A stretch of DNA of 63,872 nt, counting the filler, from Chiloscyllium plagiosum (Eukaryota): NCBI RefSeq assembly GCF_004010195.1. It is 6 parts of one record of this genome, joined end to end, with 100 filler letters (N's around TTAATTAATTAA, not from the genome) between each part and the next. Parts side by side here need not be neighbours in the genome. Positions count along the whole stretch, not along the records: positions 1 to 10,135 come from NC_057714.1; positions 10,236 to 28,209 come from NC_057714.1; 4 more parts are not named here. One strand, given 5' to 3'. The notes beneath the pieces were generated by a model. That model was given only the letters and a program-made list of their open reading frames with translations, was not told the origin of the DNA and did no database searches. The position numbers and the translations under genes are program-made. How positions within the stretch are numbered: position 1 is the first letter of the stretch; each line of letters begins with the position of its first letter. Shown one piece after another: positions 1-11,420 of this stretch.

Positions 1-242
1 TTTAAGGTGAAGGGTGGAAGGTATAGGGGAGATGTCAGGGGTAGGTTCTTTACCCAGAGAGTGGTGGGGGCATGGAATGCGCTGCCTGCGGGAGTGGCAG
101 AGTCAGAATCATTGATGACCTTTAAGCAGCAATTGGATAGGTACATAGATAGGTGCTTAAGCTAGGACAAATGTTCGGCACAACATCGTGGGCCGAAGGG
201 CCTGTTCTGTGCTGTATTGTTCTATGTTCGATGTTCTATGTT
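1..242 (+). mobile_element. CR1/HER1-like LINE 3' end
   Basis: Encodes FKVKGGRYRGDVRGRFFTQRVVGAWNALP (CR1 ORF2 C-terminus), followed by a 3' UTR and a (TTCTATG)-like tail. Confidence 0.9.
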
Positions 243-392
243 TCCAACCAGTGGTTGGCCCATAAACAAGTGCTTGTAACATGAGGAGAATCGGAAGGGC
301 CTGTTCTGTGCTGTATTGTTCTATGTTCGATGTTCTATGTTTCCAACCAGTGGTTGGCCCATAAACAAGTGCTTGTAACATGAGGAGAATCG
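195..392. repeat. Exact 99-bp tandem duplication spanning the LINE tail and its flank
   Basis: 195-293 is repeated at 294-392; this gives the 33-aa repeat in ORF 157..441. Confidence 0.9.
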
Positions 393-717
393 CTAGCGTT
401 CTTACAGTGTCAGGAGAACCACTGTCAAGGAAATTGCGCACAAGCTAGTATAGGGTTGGTGACCTGCAGAAAGCAGAGGCAAAGAAGCCAAATACTGGGC
501 AGGAAGACCCACGAGGTGGTAAGAAGCCAGATCTTGGAATTGGGGACCCATGAGGATACAGAGAAGTTGGAGTAAGATCATGGATTCCTGAGGTACGAGG
601 TAGTGAAAATGGTTGGGGCCCCCAAGTTGCTAAGAAGTGAAAAAGCAACTAATACCATATAGGGTAAGGGATGTACAAGAGAAAGAGCAGTAAATTAAAA
701 AGAAACAACGGGAGAAA

Positions 718-2400
718 TGACACAGTGCCTAGAGTGGGAGGAGATGCAAAGGGAGTACCTCAATAAGAAGTGGCCCAGGCAGGTTTACCATTGCAGTGAG
801 CAAGTATCAGGTACAGGACCGGTGGGATAAAATTGCTGGGAGATGGCATGGAAAGCTGAAGGGAATTGTGCTTTAAAGCTCAGCAAGTTTACAAGGATAG
901 CCAGCTGCATGGAGCAGCTGAGAGGTAGAGAATAGGAGAAGGTGAAGCTCAGTAAGGAAGTGGAGGAAATGAAGCAGGAACTGGATAAAGTCAGAGCCAA
1001 AGCAGCAGATCAGGAGCAGAGGAACTAGGTGAACATAGGACACTTGGGTCAGTTTCAGAGCTAACACCCTGGAGCATACCAGGAGGCACAGCATGTGGTA
1101 AATAATAGAGACTCAGTCCAAAAAACTGTGGGTGAGCTGACGGAGAAATGTAAAGAGCTACAGGTTGTGCTCAGAGTCCTGCACCAGGCAGGCAAAGGAA
1201 ACAGAGGTCACACTGTGGACCATTCAACATGCCAGCACAAGATAGAACAGTTAAAGTCCTAACTCTCCATGCAAAAGGGAATGATATTCACATTTGGAAT
1301 AATTGAATCAGATGGGCTCAGCAATTATGGGATAGGCTGGGAGAAAATGGAAGAACAAACCTGGCAAGGGTGGCGAAGATTTGGGACACCTCCACCTGCC
1401 TTCCCAGAGGGAGTAGATGCTTTGGCCTGCCCTGATGAACCCATTGACCACAACCTGTTAGGACAGCCAGAATAATAATCCAATCACTTATACAATCCCA
1501 TTGTGGTGGTGCATTTACAGAGATAGTTGTATTTGATCCCACAGCAGACACCCTCATGTTTCTTGACAGCATCCACAAAAACAAGGGGTTCTCTGTGGGC
1601 TTGACAATGTCGAGGAGGTAAAATTAATAATAATGTTCCTGAGCCCCGTGATCCATTCTGCTTTACCCAAACCTCAGAACGTGGGAGATGGGGAGGTAGG
1701 GGAGGCGATAGCCTAGTATTATGATTACTAGATCATTAATCCAGGGACCCAGGTAATGTTCTAGGGTCCTGGGTTCAAATCCCACCATGGCAGATGGTGG
1801 AATTTGAATTCAATAATAATAAATAAGAGCTTCATGCTAACCACGAAACCATTGCTGATTGTCAAGGTAAAAACCCATCTGATTCACTATTTTTCTTTAT
1901 TGAAGGAAATTGGCCATGCTTACTTGGTCTGGCCTACATGTGAGTCCAGACCTATAGCAATGTGATTGGCTCTTAACCGCCCTCTGGGCAATTAGGGATG
2001 GGTAATTAATCCTAGCCAGTGACATCCTCATCCTGTGAATGAATATAAATAATACACAGAACACTGGGTAATAAGGAGAATTGGGAAAAAGAGATTCATG
2101 AATCTGTGCAATGTAAATCAGGCAAGGGAATAATGTACCCAGTAAAAGTCCCAAACCTCTGTTCCATGTGGAGTAATGAATGGGGGTGACTGAAACAAGG
2201 GGAGTTATTATTGGTGCCATCCCCCTCCATCTGCCCATCCCACAGTGAGAGATAGAGCAGGGAGCTCTTGAGCAGCAGTCACCACTGCAACGGGAATGCT
2301 ACAGTTGCGGGAATACAGGCCACTTCACGAGGAGTTGCAAGCTACCCAGGCAGTTAGCACTGCCACAGGAGTCAGGCTGAAGACTTGCTCCAGGCTGCTG
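718..2400 (+). pseudogene. gag: ERV gag remnant: coiled-coil N-terminal part and CCHC zinc knuckle
   Basis: Heptad-like KLSKEVEEMKQELDKVRAKA (~945-1005) and EKCKELQVVLRVLHQ (~1143); intact CYSCGNTGHFTRSC (CX2CX4HX4C) at 2297-2338; many stops and frameshifts. Confidence 0.8.
1700..2050 (+). mobile_element. tRNA-derived SINE (family distinct from HE1) inserted in gag
   Basis: B box GGTTCAAATCCC at ~1772; body homologous to the - strand copy at 47045-47575; tail TGAATGAATA. Confidence 0.75.
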
Positions 2401-2972
2401 GAGGGAGTGGAGAGACAAACAGCAGTTAATTTAGTGGGGGAGATCACATAATCTAATCCTATCATCCAATTCCTTGCACCCTGGGTTGGATACATTCCCT
2501 GAAGAGTGACAGAGCTGTGCCTCTCCTCAGTGGATGTGCAGTGCCAGATGGGACAGTGTGGGACGACCCCATGTAGACACCGAGATGGAAGGCTGGCTTG
2601 GTGAGTTTTAATGGGACCCAGTGGAATCCAGAATGACATTTTACACATTCCGAGATTTTGATAACACCCGGTGCACCCATAAGAAAATTCTTTTGAGCAG
2701 ATTCATTGGACATCTACAGGAGGGTGTGGCAAAAGAATCTACAGAATTTAAACTGGGAGACATAGTCTGCCATTGCCCAGCAGGGTTGGTTCATTTCCAT
2801 TCGGACTTTGAACATGCTTCAGGCTTGGACCTTATGAGGAAATGAAACTTAACTTTTGATCTGGACAATTATCAAACTTAGTAAATGCCCGAGTTCAATG
2901 AAGCCCGAGTGGAGATTGCGACAAAGAGAACTTGCATACACAAAAAACTTGTACCATGGGGGAGTTGTGGAT

Positions 2973-3102
2973 TAGGTGAAAGTGAGGACTGCAAATGCTG
3001 GAGATTAGAGTCAAGACTGTGGTACTAGAAAAGCACAGCAGGTCAGGCAGCATCCGAGGAGCAGGAAAGTTTACGTTTTGGGCAAAAGCCCTTCATCGGG
3101 AA
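2973..3102 (-). mobile_element. Penelope-like terminal repeat fragment inserted in pol
   Basis: Matches copies at 25387, 59768 and 60130; flanked by 8-bp TSD TTGTGGAT (2965-2972 and 3103-3110). Confidence 0.8.
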
Positions 3103-3304
3103 TTGTGGATCAGACCCACCTAAATGACTGAGGACTCAGCAGCACAGGCAACTCTCATGGAGCACAAGAATTTGTTCACCAGTTAAAAACACAACTGCAA
3201 TTATATGGAGGATGAAGTAGTGATAGGCAGAGCAGACCAAAATTGACAAAAACATCACATTTTCCCCGAGCAGTAGACGGGGAGACGGTTAAAGTTATTA
3301 GCAG

Positions 3305-4760
3305 ATTGATTGATTGATTTATTGTTGTCACATGTACCAAGATACAGTGACAAGTGGTGTTTTGCATGCTATACAGACAGATTATACCACACAAAGTGCA
3401 ACAGGATAGCAGAACAGAATGAAGAATGCAGTGTTAAAGCTGCAGAGAAGGTGCAGAGAGAGAGAGAGAGATCAGAATTAACATTTGAAAGGTCTATTCA
3501 AAAGTTTGTTAACAGTGGAGAAGGAGCTGTTCTTGAATCTATTCGTATGTGTATACAAGCTTTTATATCGTCTGCCCAGTGGAAGAGAGTGGAAGACAAT
3601 ATACCCGGAGGATCTTTGATTATGTTGTTTGCTTTCCCGAGCAAGTAGGAAGTGTAGACACAGTCAGTGGATGGCAGGCTGGTTTGCATGATGGACTGAG
3701 CTGTGTTCATGACTCTCTGTAGTTTCCTGTGGCCTTGGTAAGAGTAGTTGTCTGTGATGCATCCAGATAAGATATCTTCAATGGTGCATCTATAAAATTG
3801 GTAGAGCCTTTATGGACATGCTGAACTTCCTTAGCCTCCTATGGAAATAGGCACATTGTTGTGCTTTCTTGACCGTCACATTGACGTGGGTGGACCAGGA
3901 CAGATTGTTGGTGATTGTCATTCCCAGGAGCTTGAATATGCTTGACCATCTCTACCTCAGCCCCATTGTTGCAGACAAGGGCATGTCCTCCACTCTGCTT
4001 CCTGAAGTGAATGACCAGCTCCTTCAATTTGCAGATATTGATTTTTAAGAATCTCTACAGTGTGGAACAGGCCATTGGACCCAACAAGTCCACACCGATC
4101 CTCCGGAGAGTAACCCACCCAGACCCATTCCCCATTACTCTACATTTACCCCTGACTAACCTACACATGCCTGAACACTGTGGGCAATTTAGCATGGCCA
4201 GTTCACCTAACCTGTAGATCTTTGGATTGTGCGAGGAAACAGGAACACCTGGAGGAAACCCATGCAGACACAGGGAGAGTGTGCAAACTCCATGCAGCCA
4301 GTCACCTGAGGCTGGAATCGAACCCTGGTGCTGTGAGGCAGCAGTGTTAGCCACTGAGCCACTGTGCCTCCTGACAGCCACCGTGCTGCCTGACTGTAGA
4401 GATTGTTGTCTCTACATTATGCCACTAAGTACTCTATATGTTTGCTGTGTTCTGTCTAATCCATCTACAAAAGAAGTGTTGTCAGCAAACTTGTAAATGG
4501 AGTTGGGGTGAAATTTGGCCACACTGTAGTGAGTCAATAAGGTATTCAGTAGGAGACTGAGTATGCAGCCTTGTGGGGCACTGGTATTGAGGATTATGGT
4601 GTCAGCGATTCTTACTGATTGTGGTCTATGGGTCAGGAAGTCGAGGATCTAGTTACAGAGTGGCAAGCCGACACCTAGGCCCGGGAGTTTAAGAGATGGG
4701 TTTGTTTGGAATTATGATGTTGAAGGCAAAGCTGTAGTCAATAAGTAGGAGCCTGATGTG
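3305..4760 (-). mobile_element. Rex1/Babar-like LINE 3' fragment inserted in the ERV RT
   Basis: On the - strand, IDYSFAFNIIIP (~4708-4743) and KELVIHFRK...NGAEVEMV; tail (TCAA)n near 3305. Confidence 0.7.
4038..4390 (-). mobile_element. HE1-like SINE nested in the Rex1-like LINE
   Basis: tRNA head GGCACAGTGGCTCAGTGG, conserved GTGTGGAGTTTGCAC-type body, CR1-like tail. Confidence 0.85.
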
Positions 4761-6182
4761 CTTGTTAAAGCTTCTGCCAACTTGTTAAAGCCAGGAGTCC
4801 CTACACTCTGTAGCATCTACCAATAACTTGCTGAAATGGCCAGTTCAGAAACCTGGTGGCTGTTGGTGGCTCACCATTCATTCCAGGGAACTAAATACAG
4901 CCACCCAATGATGGCACCAACAGTTGTCACTAGCTCCAAAGCCATGAAGCAGCTTGGAGTAGTATGGTGACCCATGTTTCACCATACTAGATGTTAATAA
5001 TGGATTTTGGTCCATTCCACTCCACCGATACTACCAATATAAATTCACCATCATGTTTCAGCACCAGCAATAAACATGGCCTGCTTGCTCCAGGGTTTTC
5101 ACAATCCTCCATCAATATTTCATCCGGGTCTGGCTAAAGGGCTAGGGATGTTTTCCTGAGTGGATTGCTTATTGTGGTTGATCCCTTCCTGTCAACAGAG
5201 ACAAGGACTGAACATTTAACACCATTAAAGGAACTGTTAGCTCTCCTCACCTCTCTAGGACTGAAGCTTAACCCCAAGAAAGCACAGACCTTGAGATCCC
5301 AGGATTCATGCTTGGGAGCTGTGATAGCTCAGGGGAAGCATGACATAGAAGGGAAGCATATTGAGGCTATAACCTGTTAGTCCTTCCCTAGGGACGTGAG
5401 CTCGCTGTGTTCCTCTGTGGGTTTGGTGGGATACTATCGGAACCACATCGGCCATTAAAGTCACCTGCTCTCCGACCTCCTAAGGGAATGCCGCGTGGGA
5501 ATGGACTGCACAGCACCCGGATGTTATTACCAAATTAGAACAGCAGGTACCCAAGCCAGAGCTTCCCTTGCAGCTATGGAGACCACACTGAGAGCCATAC
5601 TTCTCCAAGATTGACATAGTAAACTCAGATTGGTAGCCTCTACCTCCTGAAGTCTTTCACCAGAAGAACAGGGCTTCTCCATATGCGAGAAATATTTGCT
5701 AACTGTTTATTTTGCCTCTATCATCACCCCCCACCCTGCCAACCATTCTGACAGAGCACACCCCAATTCAACTTTTGCTAGATGTGCGATTAAAGATATT
5801 ATGATCAGCTAAAACTGCACAGCCTGCTGGACCCTAATAGTACATTGCCACCTCCCTAGCTGACAATCTGAGCTATGGAGGAAGACCCTGTGAATATCAG
5901 GTAGTGGCTAGAAATGTCCTCAAAGAAGAATTTGTGCCAAAACGAAACAGGGAAAGACCCAAGGGAACCTGGAGCAGAAGAGACACTCCCCATAAGGATA
6001 TTCATGGGCATTCCTCTACAGCGGAGGATGGACACTGAAAGCAGGACATGGTATACACGTGGGGAACTACAGAGATAAATCTCGAATAGACTTAGCCAAA
6101 GGTTCCACCTACCATCCTCAATCCAGCGGGATTGTACAGAAGATGAATCATACCCTCAAAAGGATGCTGCGAAAGGTCATCC

Positions 6183-6485
6183 AGCCACAGTGGCTCAGTG
6201 GTTAGCACTGCTGCCTCACAGTGTCAGGATCCTGGGTTCGATTCCAACCTCGGGTGTCTGCATGGGTTCCCTCTGGGTGCTCCAGTTTCCTCCCACAATC
6301 CAAAGATGTGCAGGTTAGGTGAATTGGCCATGCTATATTGTTCATGATATTCATGGATGTGTAGGTTGGGTGCATTAGTCAGGGGTTAAATGTAGGGAAA
6401 TGGATCTGGGCAGGTTACTCTTCAGAGGTTTGGTGTGGACATGTTGGGCCGAAGGGTCTGTTTCTGCACTTTGGGATTCTACGAT
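6183..6485 (+). mobile_element. HE1-like SINE inserted in integrase
   Basis: CACAGTGGCTCAGTGGTTAGCACTGCTGCCTCACAG head, B box, tail GGGATTCTA. Confidence 0.85.
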
Positions 6486-6857
6486 CAAGCAACTTGAGCT
6501 GAAGTGTACTTTGACCCTTTGTCCTCATGCTCATAAAGAATTCACCCTCCAGTTCAACTGGATTCAATATCATATTATAATGACCGATCACCACATGAGA
6601 GGTATTAAACCCTCAGTAGGACTGGACTTGACAGAGCCCAAGGTCAAAGCCCTCTGCAATGGAAAAACTGTGCAAATTCTATTAGAAAATGTACTGGCAG
6701 CACACAAAGCAGCAGCCATCAGAACAGCAAAAACGAAAATGTGGAACACAAACATACACACACGCAGAAACACACACACACACACGTAAATCCATTCCTG
6801 ACAACCCATTTTGGAAGCAAAAAGGGAAAGGAAGAATTTAATAAAATCAAGTTTTAG

Positions 6858-7210
6858 TGGGGCAGTACAGCAGCTCAGTGATTAGCACTGCTGCCTCGCA
6901 GTGCCAGGAATATGGGTTCAATTTCAGCCTTGAGCAACTGTCTGTGTGGAGTCTGCACATTCTCCTCATGTCTGTGTGGGTTTCCTCTGGATGCTCCCAT
7001 TTCCTCCCACAGTCCAAAGATGTGCAGGTTATGTAGATTGGTCATGCTAGATTGCCTGTAGTGTCCAGGGATGTGTAGGTGAGGTGCTTTAGCCATGGGA
7101 AATGCAGGGATATAGGGAAAAGGGTGGGGGAATGGATATGGGTGGGATGTTCTTCAGAGGGTCAGTGTGGAATGTTGGGCCTGTTTCCACACTGTAGGGA
7201 TTCTATGGAG
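6858..7210 (+). mobile_element. HE1-like SINE
   Basis: Same head and body as the other copies; tail CTGTAGGGATTCTATG. Confidence 0.85.
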
Positions 7211-7239
7211 TTAAAAAAAATCTCCGCAGGTAGAGAAGA

Positions 7240-9720
7240 GTGAGAGGTATCTAAATTTGATCGGATATGAGGATAATAATAGATGCCATGTTGCTCGGAT
7301 ATGAGGATGACAACATACAACTTGTTGGTCTACACCGTAAGCTGGCTTGCCAGCCTGAGCATCGAGAGCACGAACTGGGCATGAGTACTGACATCCCGGC
7401 TCGATGCGGTTGGTCCTACCAGAGGTAGGCGAATGTGAGGGTGGGGTTTTGTGGGTCCATCCCAACAAATCTGTGATGTTTGGGTGTAACAGTCCCCACT
7501 GGGCTGTGTGCAGGTAGACAAATGTGAACTCAGATTATTGCTACCTGAGAACAGACTCCACAGGTGACTGGTGGAGTTTTTCCACAAATGGATGAACAGA
7601 AGTGGGAAGTTTGGCTATTGGCCTGGAGAAAGAGCTAGAAATTGTGCAACAATGTCCCTGGAAAGCCATAGGCGGAGCTATGTCCCATCCAGAATTAGAA
7701 ATGGGCTAAACCAGCCAGAAGTGTATCCCTACATGTTTGTATGAAGACTATGCCAGGAACACAAAATGGGTGGTTTTCGATCACACAGGCAAAACCCGAT
7801 ATGACAACATATACCACAAAGTTGTACCAGTGGTGTTAGTTATATCAGGAACACAGTGCCAGAGTTGTGTCTTTTCCAACTTCAGAAATTATACTTGTAT
7901 TTGAACCATCAGCTATTATGATGGGAAACTGACCATAAGACCATAAAATATAGCAGCAGAATTAGGCCATTCAACCCATCAAATTATCTGATGTTCGGTC
8001 ATGGATGATATTAACCCCATTCTCCTGCCTTCTCCTTGTAACCCATGATCCTGTTACCAGTCAAGAGCCTATCCATCTCTGTCTTAATTACACTCAATGA
8101 CTTGGCCTCCACAGCCTTCTGCAGTCATGAGTTCCACAGGGTAACCCACCACCCGTCTTAGTGAAGAAGACCAGCACATCCTTCCTTTGATATAGGATCC
8201 AAAACTGCTCACAATATTCCACATGCCACTGAGTGTGGTATAGTCTCAGCCGTACAAGTCTGCTGTCATATTCTACCTCTCCAGAAATAAATGCCAACAT
8301 TGCATTTGCCTTCCTAACTGCCAACTGCATGCTAACCTGAAGAGAATCCTGAACTAGGACTCCCAAATCTCTTTGAGCTGCAGATATCTGAAACCTTTCT
8401 CCATTTAGGAAATAGTGTGTGCTTCTATTCTTCCTATCAATGAGCATAACCTCACATTTTAACACATTGTAATCCTTCTGCCATTTCTTTGCCCACTCTC
8501 CTAACCTGTTCAAGTCCTTCTGCAGCCTCCCCGTTCCTCAACACTACCTGCTCCTCCACCTATTTTCATATCATTAACATGAGGAAGGCTAGAGCCAGGT
8601 CAGTGAGATTTTCTAAAAGAGATATGTTGAATGAGTTAGCAACAGTTTATGGAGTAGGAGTGTCCACAGTCAATACCCTCAATTTGGAGAATAAACTTAG
8701 ACTTTTAACCCCGCAGGTTAAACAGACCTTGGATAAAATTAATCTGGGAGAATAAAAGAAAATCAGGCAGACCAGCAACTGATGATGGTGCTAGAAGGAC
8801 ATGCCAGGGCCATAAACAAGATCATCTAGGTACAGATAGATGATGACAGTAGGCGGCAGAAAAGGAGCCAGAGGACAATTTAACTGTGAAGGGAGAACCT
8901 TGAGCCAACTAAACAAGGACAGGTCCCATCTTGAATCAGTGATGAGCAGATAGAACACTTGTTCTATGGGAAAAGAAACTCCTATATTTCAAATTGCCAA
9001 TTGCAGCAACTGACCTGTTTTAACAACAATTGTAAGAGGATCTTGGAAAGGCCAATAGGATGGTACTGGGAATCCCGATCATAACGTCAAATCAAAATGG
9101 TGAGAAGTCTTTGAGGTGTAAAACATCAGCATTATCCAGGAGGTAGTGTGATTAGAATGTGACAGCATCCTTCTTACGCTCTTGAGAAACAGAGAGGGTT
9201 TGTAGGTACATTCTGGATAAATGACTAAAGAAGTAATTGTGTGCCTTTACTACATAAATTCAAATAAACATTCCTTGTGTGGTTTTCAGACACACTGGTG
9301 TTCACAATCTAGCTCTGTATAAATTGCCTGCTTTTTTTTTAGGTACAACAGATCAGAAATAATTGCCTGTGGAATTCTTTGGACTGTCTGAGGTCATGAA
9401 AGCAACCTTTCCCCTTTAGAAAATAGTGTATGCTTCTATTCTTCCTATCAATGTGCATTTTGATAGGAAGATGCAAATTTGGATATATTTTAAGTACACT
9501 TATCATCACCCTGCTTGTGTGAGAATTAAAAGCTTTAGATTACAGTTTCCCACCATCTGGCTCACAACACCTATGTTGTCAGCAAATGTATAAGATTGTA
9601 ACTGAGTTTTGGACCCAAATTATTTATCCAGATATCACACATTGGACCAGGTTTTCCTGGCAATACAACAGTGGCCTTAATGATTCTCCTTCCTATGTAT
9701 ATGGTACAAGAACCTCAGGT
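7240..9720 (+). pseudogene. env: ERV env remnant, class I fusion glycoprotein-like, split by a CR1 insertion
   Basis: Lies after integrase; Cys/Trp-rich N-terminal part; YDNIYHKVVPVVL (~7800); basic site RKARARSVRFSKR followed by DMLNELATVYGVGVSTVN (8582-8675) and a heptad; KQGQVPS(W)ISDEQIEHL (8911); MVLGIPII (~9060); weak hydrophobic stretch near 9670. Confidence 0.65.
7933..8575 (-). mobile_element. CR1 LINE fragment, internally deleted, inserted in env
   Basis: ORF 8094..8513 RLGEWAKKWQ...QRDLGVLV...KANAMLAFI; (CCATAAGA) tail at 7933. Confidence 0.9.
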
Positions 9721-10028
9721 AAGGGGCACAGTTAAACTCAATGTCTGAAGTTTGCTGTTCAGTTTGCACAGTCTCACGGTTAGCCCTCTGAAAGTGGCAT
9801 GTTTCCATCAGGTTCCACATTGAAATGCATCAAAATGCATAAATGTGCAGCATTTCAGCCATAGGTAACTCACCATAGAGTGTAAGGTCTTGCTATTTCA
9901 AGAACAAGTATCCTTTTTTTAACATGATACTGTTGACTATTGCTGGGAACCTCTCAGCAATGAAAATGGATTATTACAAGTGTGGATTCTCATTTTTTTT
10001 TGAAGACACAAAAACTCAAATGTCAAGT

Positions 10029-10135
10029 TCCTTCCTTCCTTCCTTCCTTTCTCTCTTACTTCCTTCCTTTCTCTCTTCCTTCCTTTCTCTTCCTTCCTTC
10101 CTGCCTTTCTCTTCCTTCCTTCCTTCTTTTCTCTC
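10029..10135. repeat. (TTCC)n polypyrimidine microsatellite ending at a gap
   Basis: Seen directly. Confidence 0.95.
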
Positions 10136-10235
10136 NNNNNNNNNNNNNNNNNNNNNNNNNNNNNNNNNNNNNNNNNNNNTTAATTAATTAANNNNNNNNN
10201 NNNNNNNNNNNNNNNNNNNNNNNNNNNNNNNNNNN
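10136..10235. other. Artificial contig spacer N44-TTAATTAATTAA-N44
   Basis: Identical 100-bp pattern occurs five times; the 12-mer gives stops in all six frames. Confidence 0.95.
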
Positions 10236-11090
10236 TTGTCTCTACTCCCCTTCTTGAACAGGGGAACCACATTTGCTACCCTCCAGTTTTCTGGCACTAT
10301 TCCTGTAGACAATGACGAAAGATCAATGCCAAAGGCTCGGCAATCTCCTCCATAGCTTCCCAGAGGATAAATCCCATCCGGCCCAGGGGACTTATCTATT
10401 TTCACACTCTGCAGGATTTCTAATACCTCTTCCTTTTGAATCTCAATCACACCTAGTCTAGTAGCCTGTATCTCAGTATTCTCCTCGACAACATTGTCAT
10501 TTTCTAGAGTGAATACTGTTGAAAAATATTCATTTAGTGCTTCCCCTATCTTCTCTGACTCCACACACAACTTCTCACTACTATCCTTGATTGGCCCTAA
10601 TCTTACTCTTGTCATTCTTTTATTCATTAAATACCTACAAAAAGCCTTAGGGTTTACCCTGATCCTATCTGCCAACAACTTCTCATGTCTCCTCCTGGCT
10701 CTTTTGAGCTCTCTCTTTAGGTCTTTCCTGGCTACTTTGTAACCCTCAAGCGCCCTAACTGAGCCTTCACATCTCATCCTAACTTAAGCCTTCTTCTTCC
10801 TCTTGATCAGAGATTCCACTTCCTCCGTAAACCATGGCTCCCGCGCTCCACAGCTTCCTCCCTACCTGACAGGTACATACTTATCTAGGACACACAGTAG
10901 CTTTTTCTTGAATAAGCTCCACATTTCTAATGTGCCCATCTCCTGCAGTTTCCTTCCCCGTCCTATGCTTCCTAAATCTTGCCTAATCGCATCGTAATTG
11001 CCTTTCCCCCAGCTGTAACTCTTGCCCAGTGGTATACACCTATCCCTTTCTATCACTAAAGTAAATATAACAGAATTGTGATCGCTATCA
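10236..11090 (-). mobile_element. CR1 LINE ORF2 fragment (region between endonuclease and RT)
   Basis: ORF 10184..10777 NPKAF...LNEYFSTVFT...KSPGPDGIYP...WRVANVVPLFKKG. Confidence 0.92.
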
Positions 11091-11420
11091 TGAAAGTAAA
11101 TCTATTTTACCGAATTTGCCTTTGCCAAGGGTGTGTTTATAGGATGCTACTATTTTGGAACATTTGCTGTTCAGTAGTTAAACAATCTGTTATTCTGTTA
11201 AACGTTCCAGTAGAATTAAAGTTAGACCAATTCTTCTTCCTAGTGCTTGCATTCTTACTCTACAGTTAAAATAAAGTATGTTTTGCTTGAAACCTGATTG
11301 TTTGACCATCTGAGTTGCATCTGGAACACAACACCTTACAGTTGACTTTAAAAATAAGAAAAATGTGGAGGTCTAGGCTATCTGATTATATTTCGAAGGG
11401 GCGTGGTCTGGTCTATAACA
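11091..11420 (+). mobile_element. Possible LTR 3' portion (solo LTR fragment)
   Basis: AATAAA near 11270 and terminal ...TATAACA; 5' part truncated by the CR1 insertion. Confidence 0.4.

Larger units (their letters stand above)
2500..6850 (+). pseudogene. pol: ERV pol remnant (RT, RNase H/tether, integrase core; protease region badly decayed)
   Basis: WPVQKPGGCWWLTIHSRELN (4837); LDVNNGFWSIPL (4987); QGFHNPPSIFH (5091); decayed YVDD (~5169); GLKLNPKKAQ; GLVGYYRNHI (~5419); KLRLVAS..LSPEEQGFSICEKYLL (~5620-5700); integrase YHPQSSGIVQKMNHTLK (~6110-6160). Confidence 0.9.
700..9720 (+). mobile_element. Decayed endogenous retrovirus-like element (gag-pol-env) interrupted by SINE, LINE and Penelope insertions; LTRs not identified
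   Basis: Gag, RT, RNase H, integrase and env motifs are colinear on the + strand (see sub-features). Confidence 0.85.

Noticed and set aside
195..392. CRISPR-like or other prokaryotic repeat array
   Set aside because: Only two contiguous units with no spacers, in a vertebrate context
240..700. 5' LTR and PBS of the ERV (several TGG-starting candidates near 251, 459 and 541)
   Set aside because: No confident tRNA complement and no matching 3' LTR before the gap at 10136
9924..10191. Low-complexity SFLP ORFs
   Set aside because: Translation of the (TTCC)n microsatellite running into the gap
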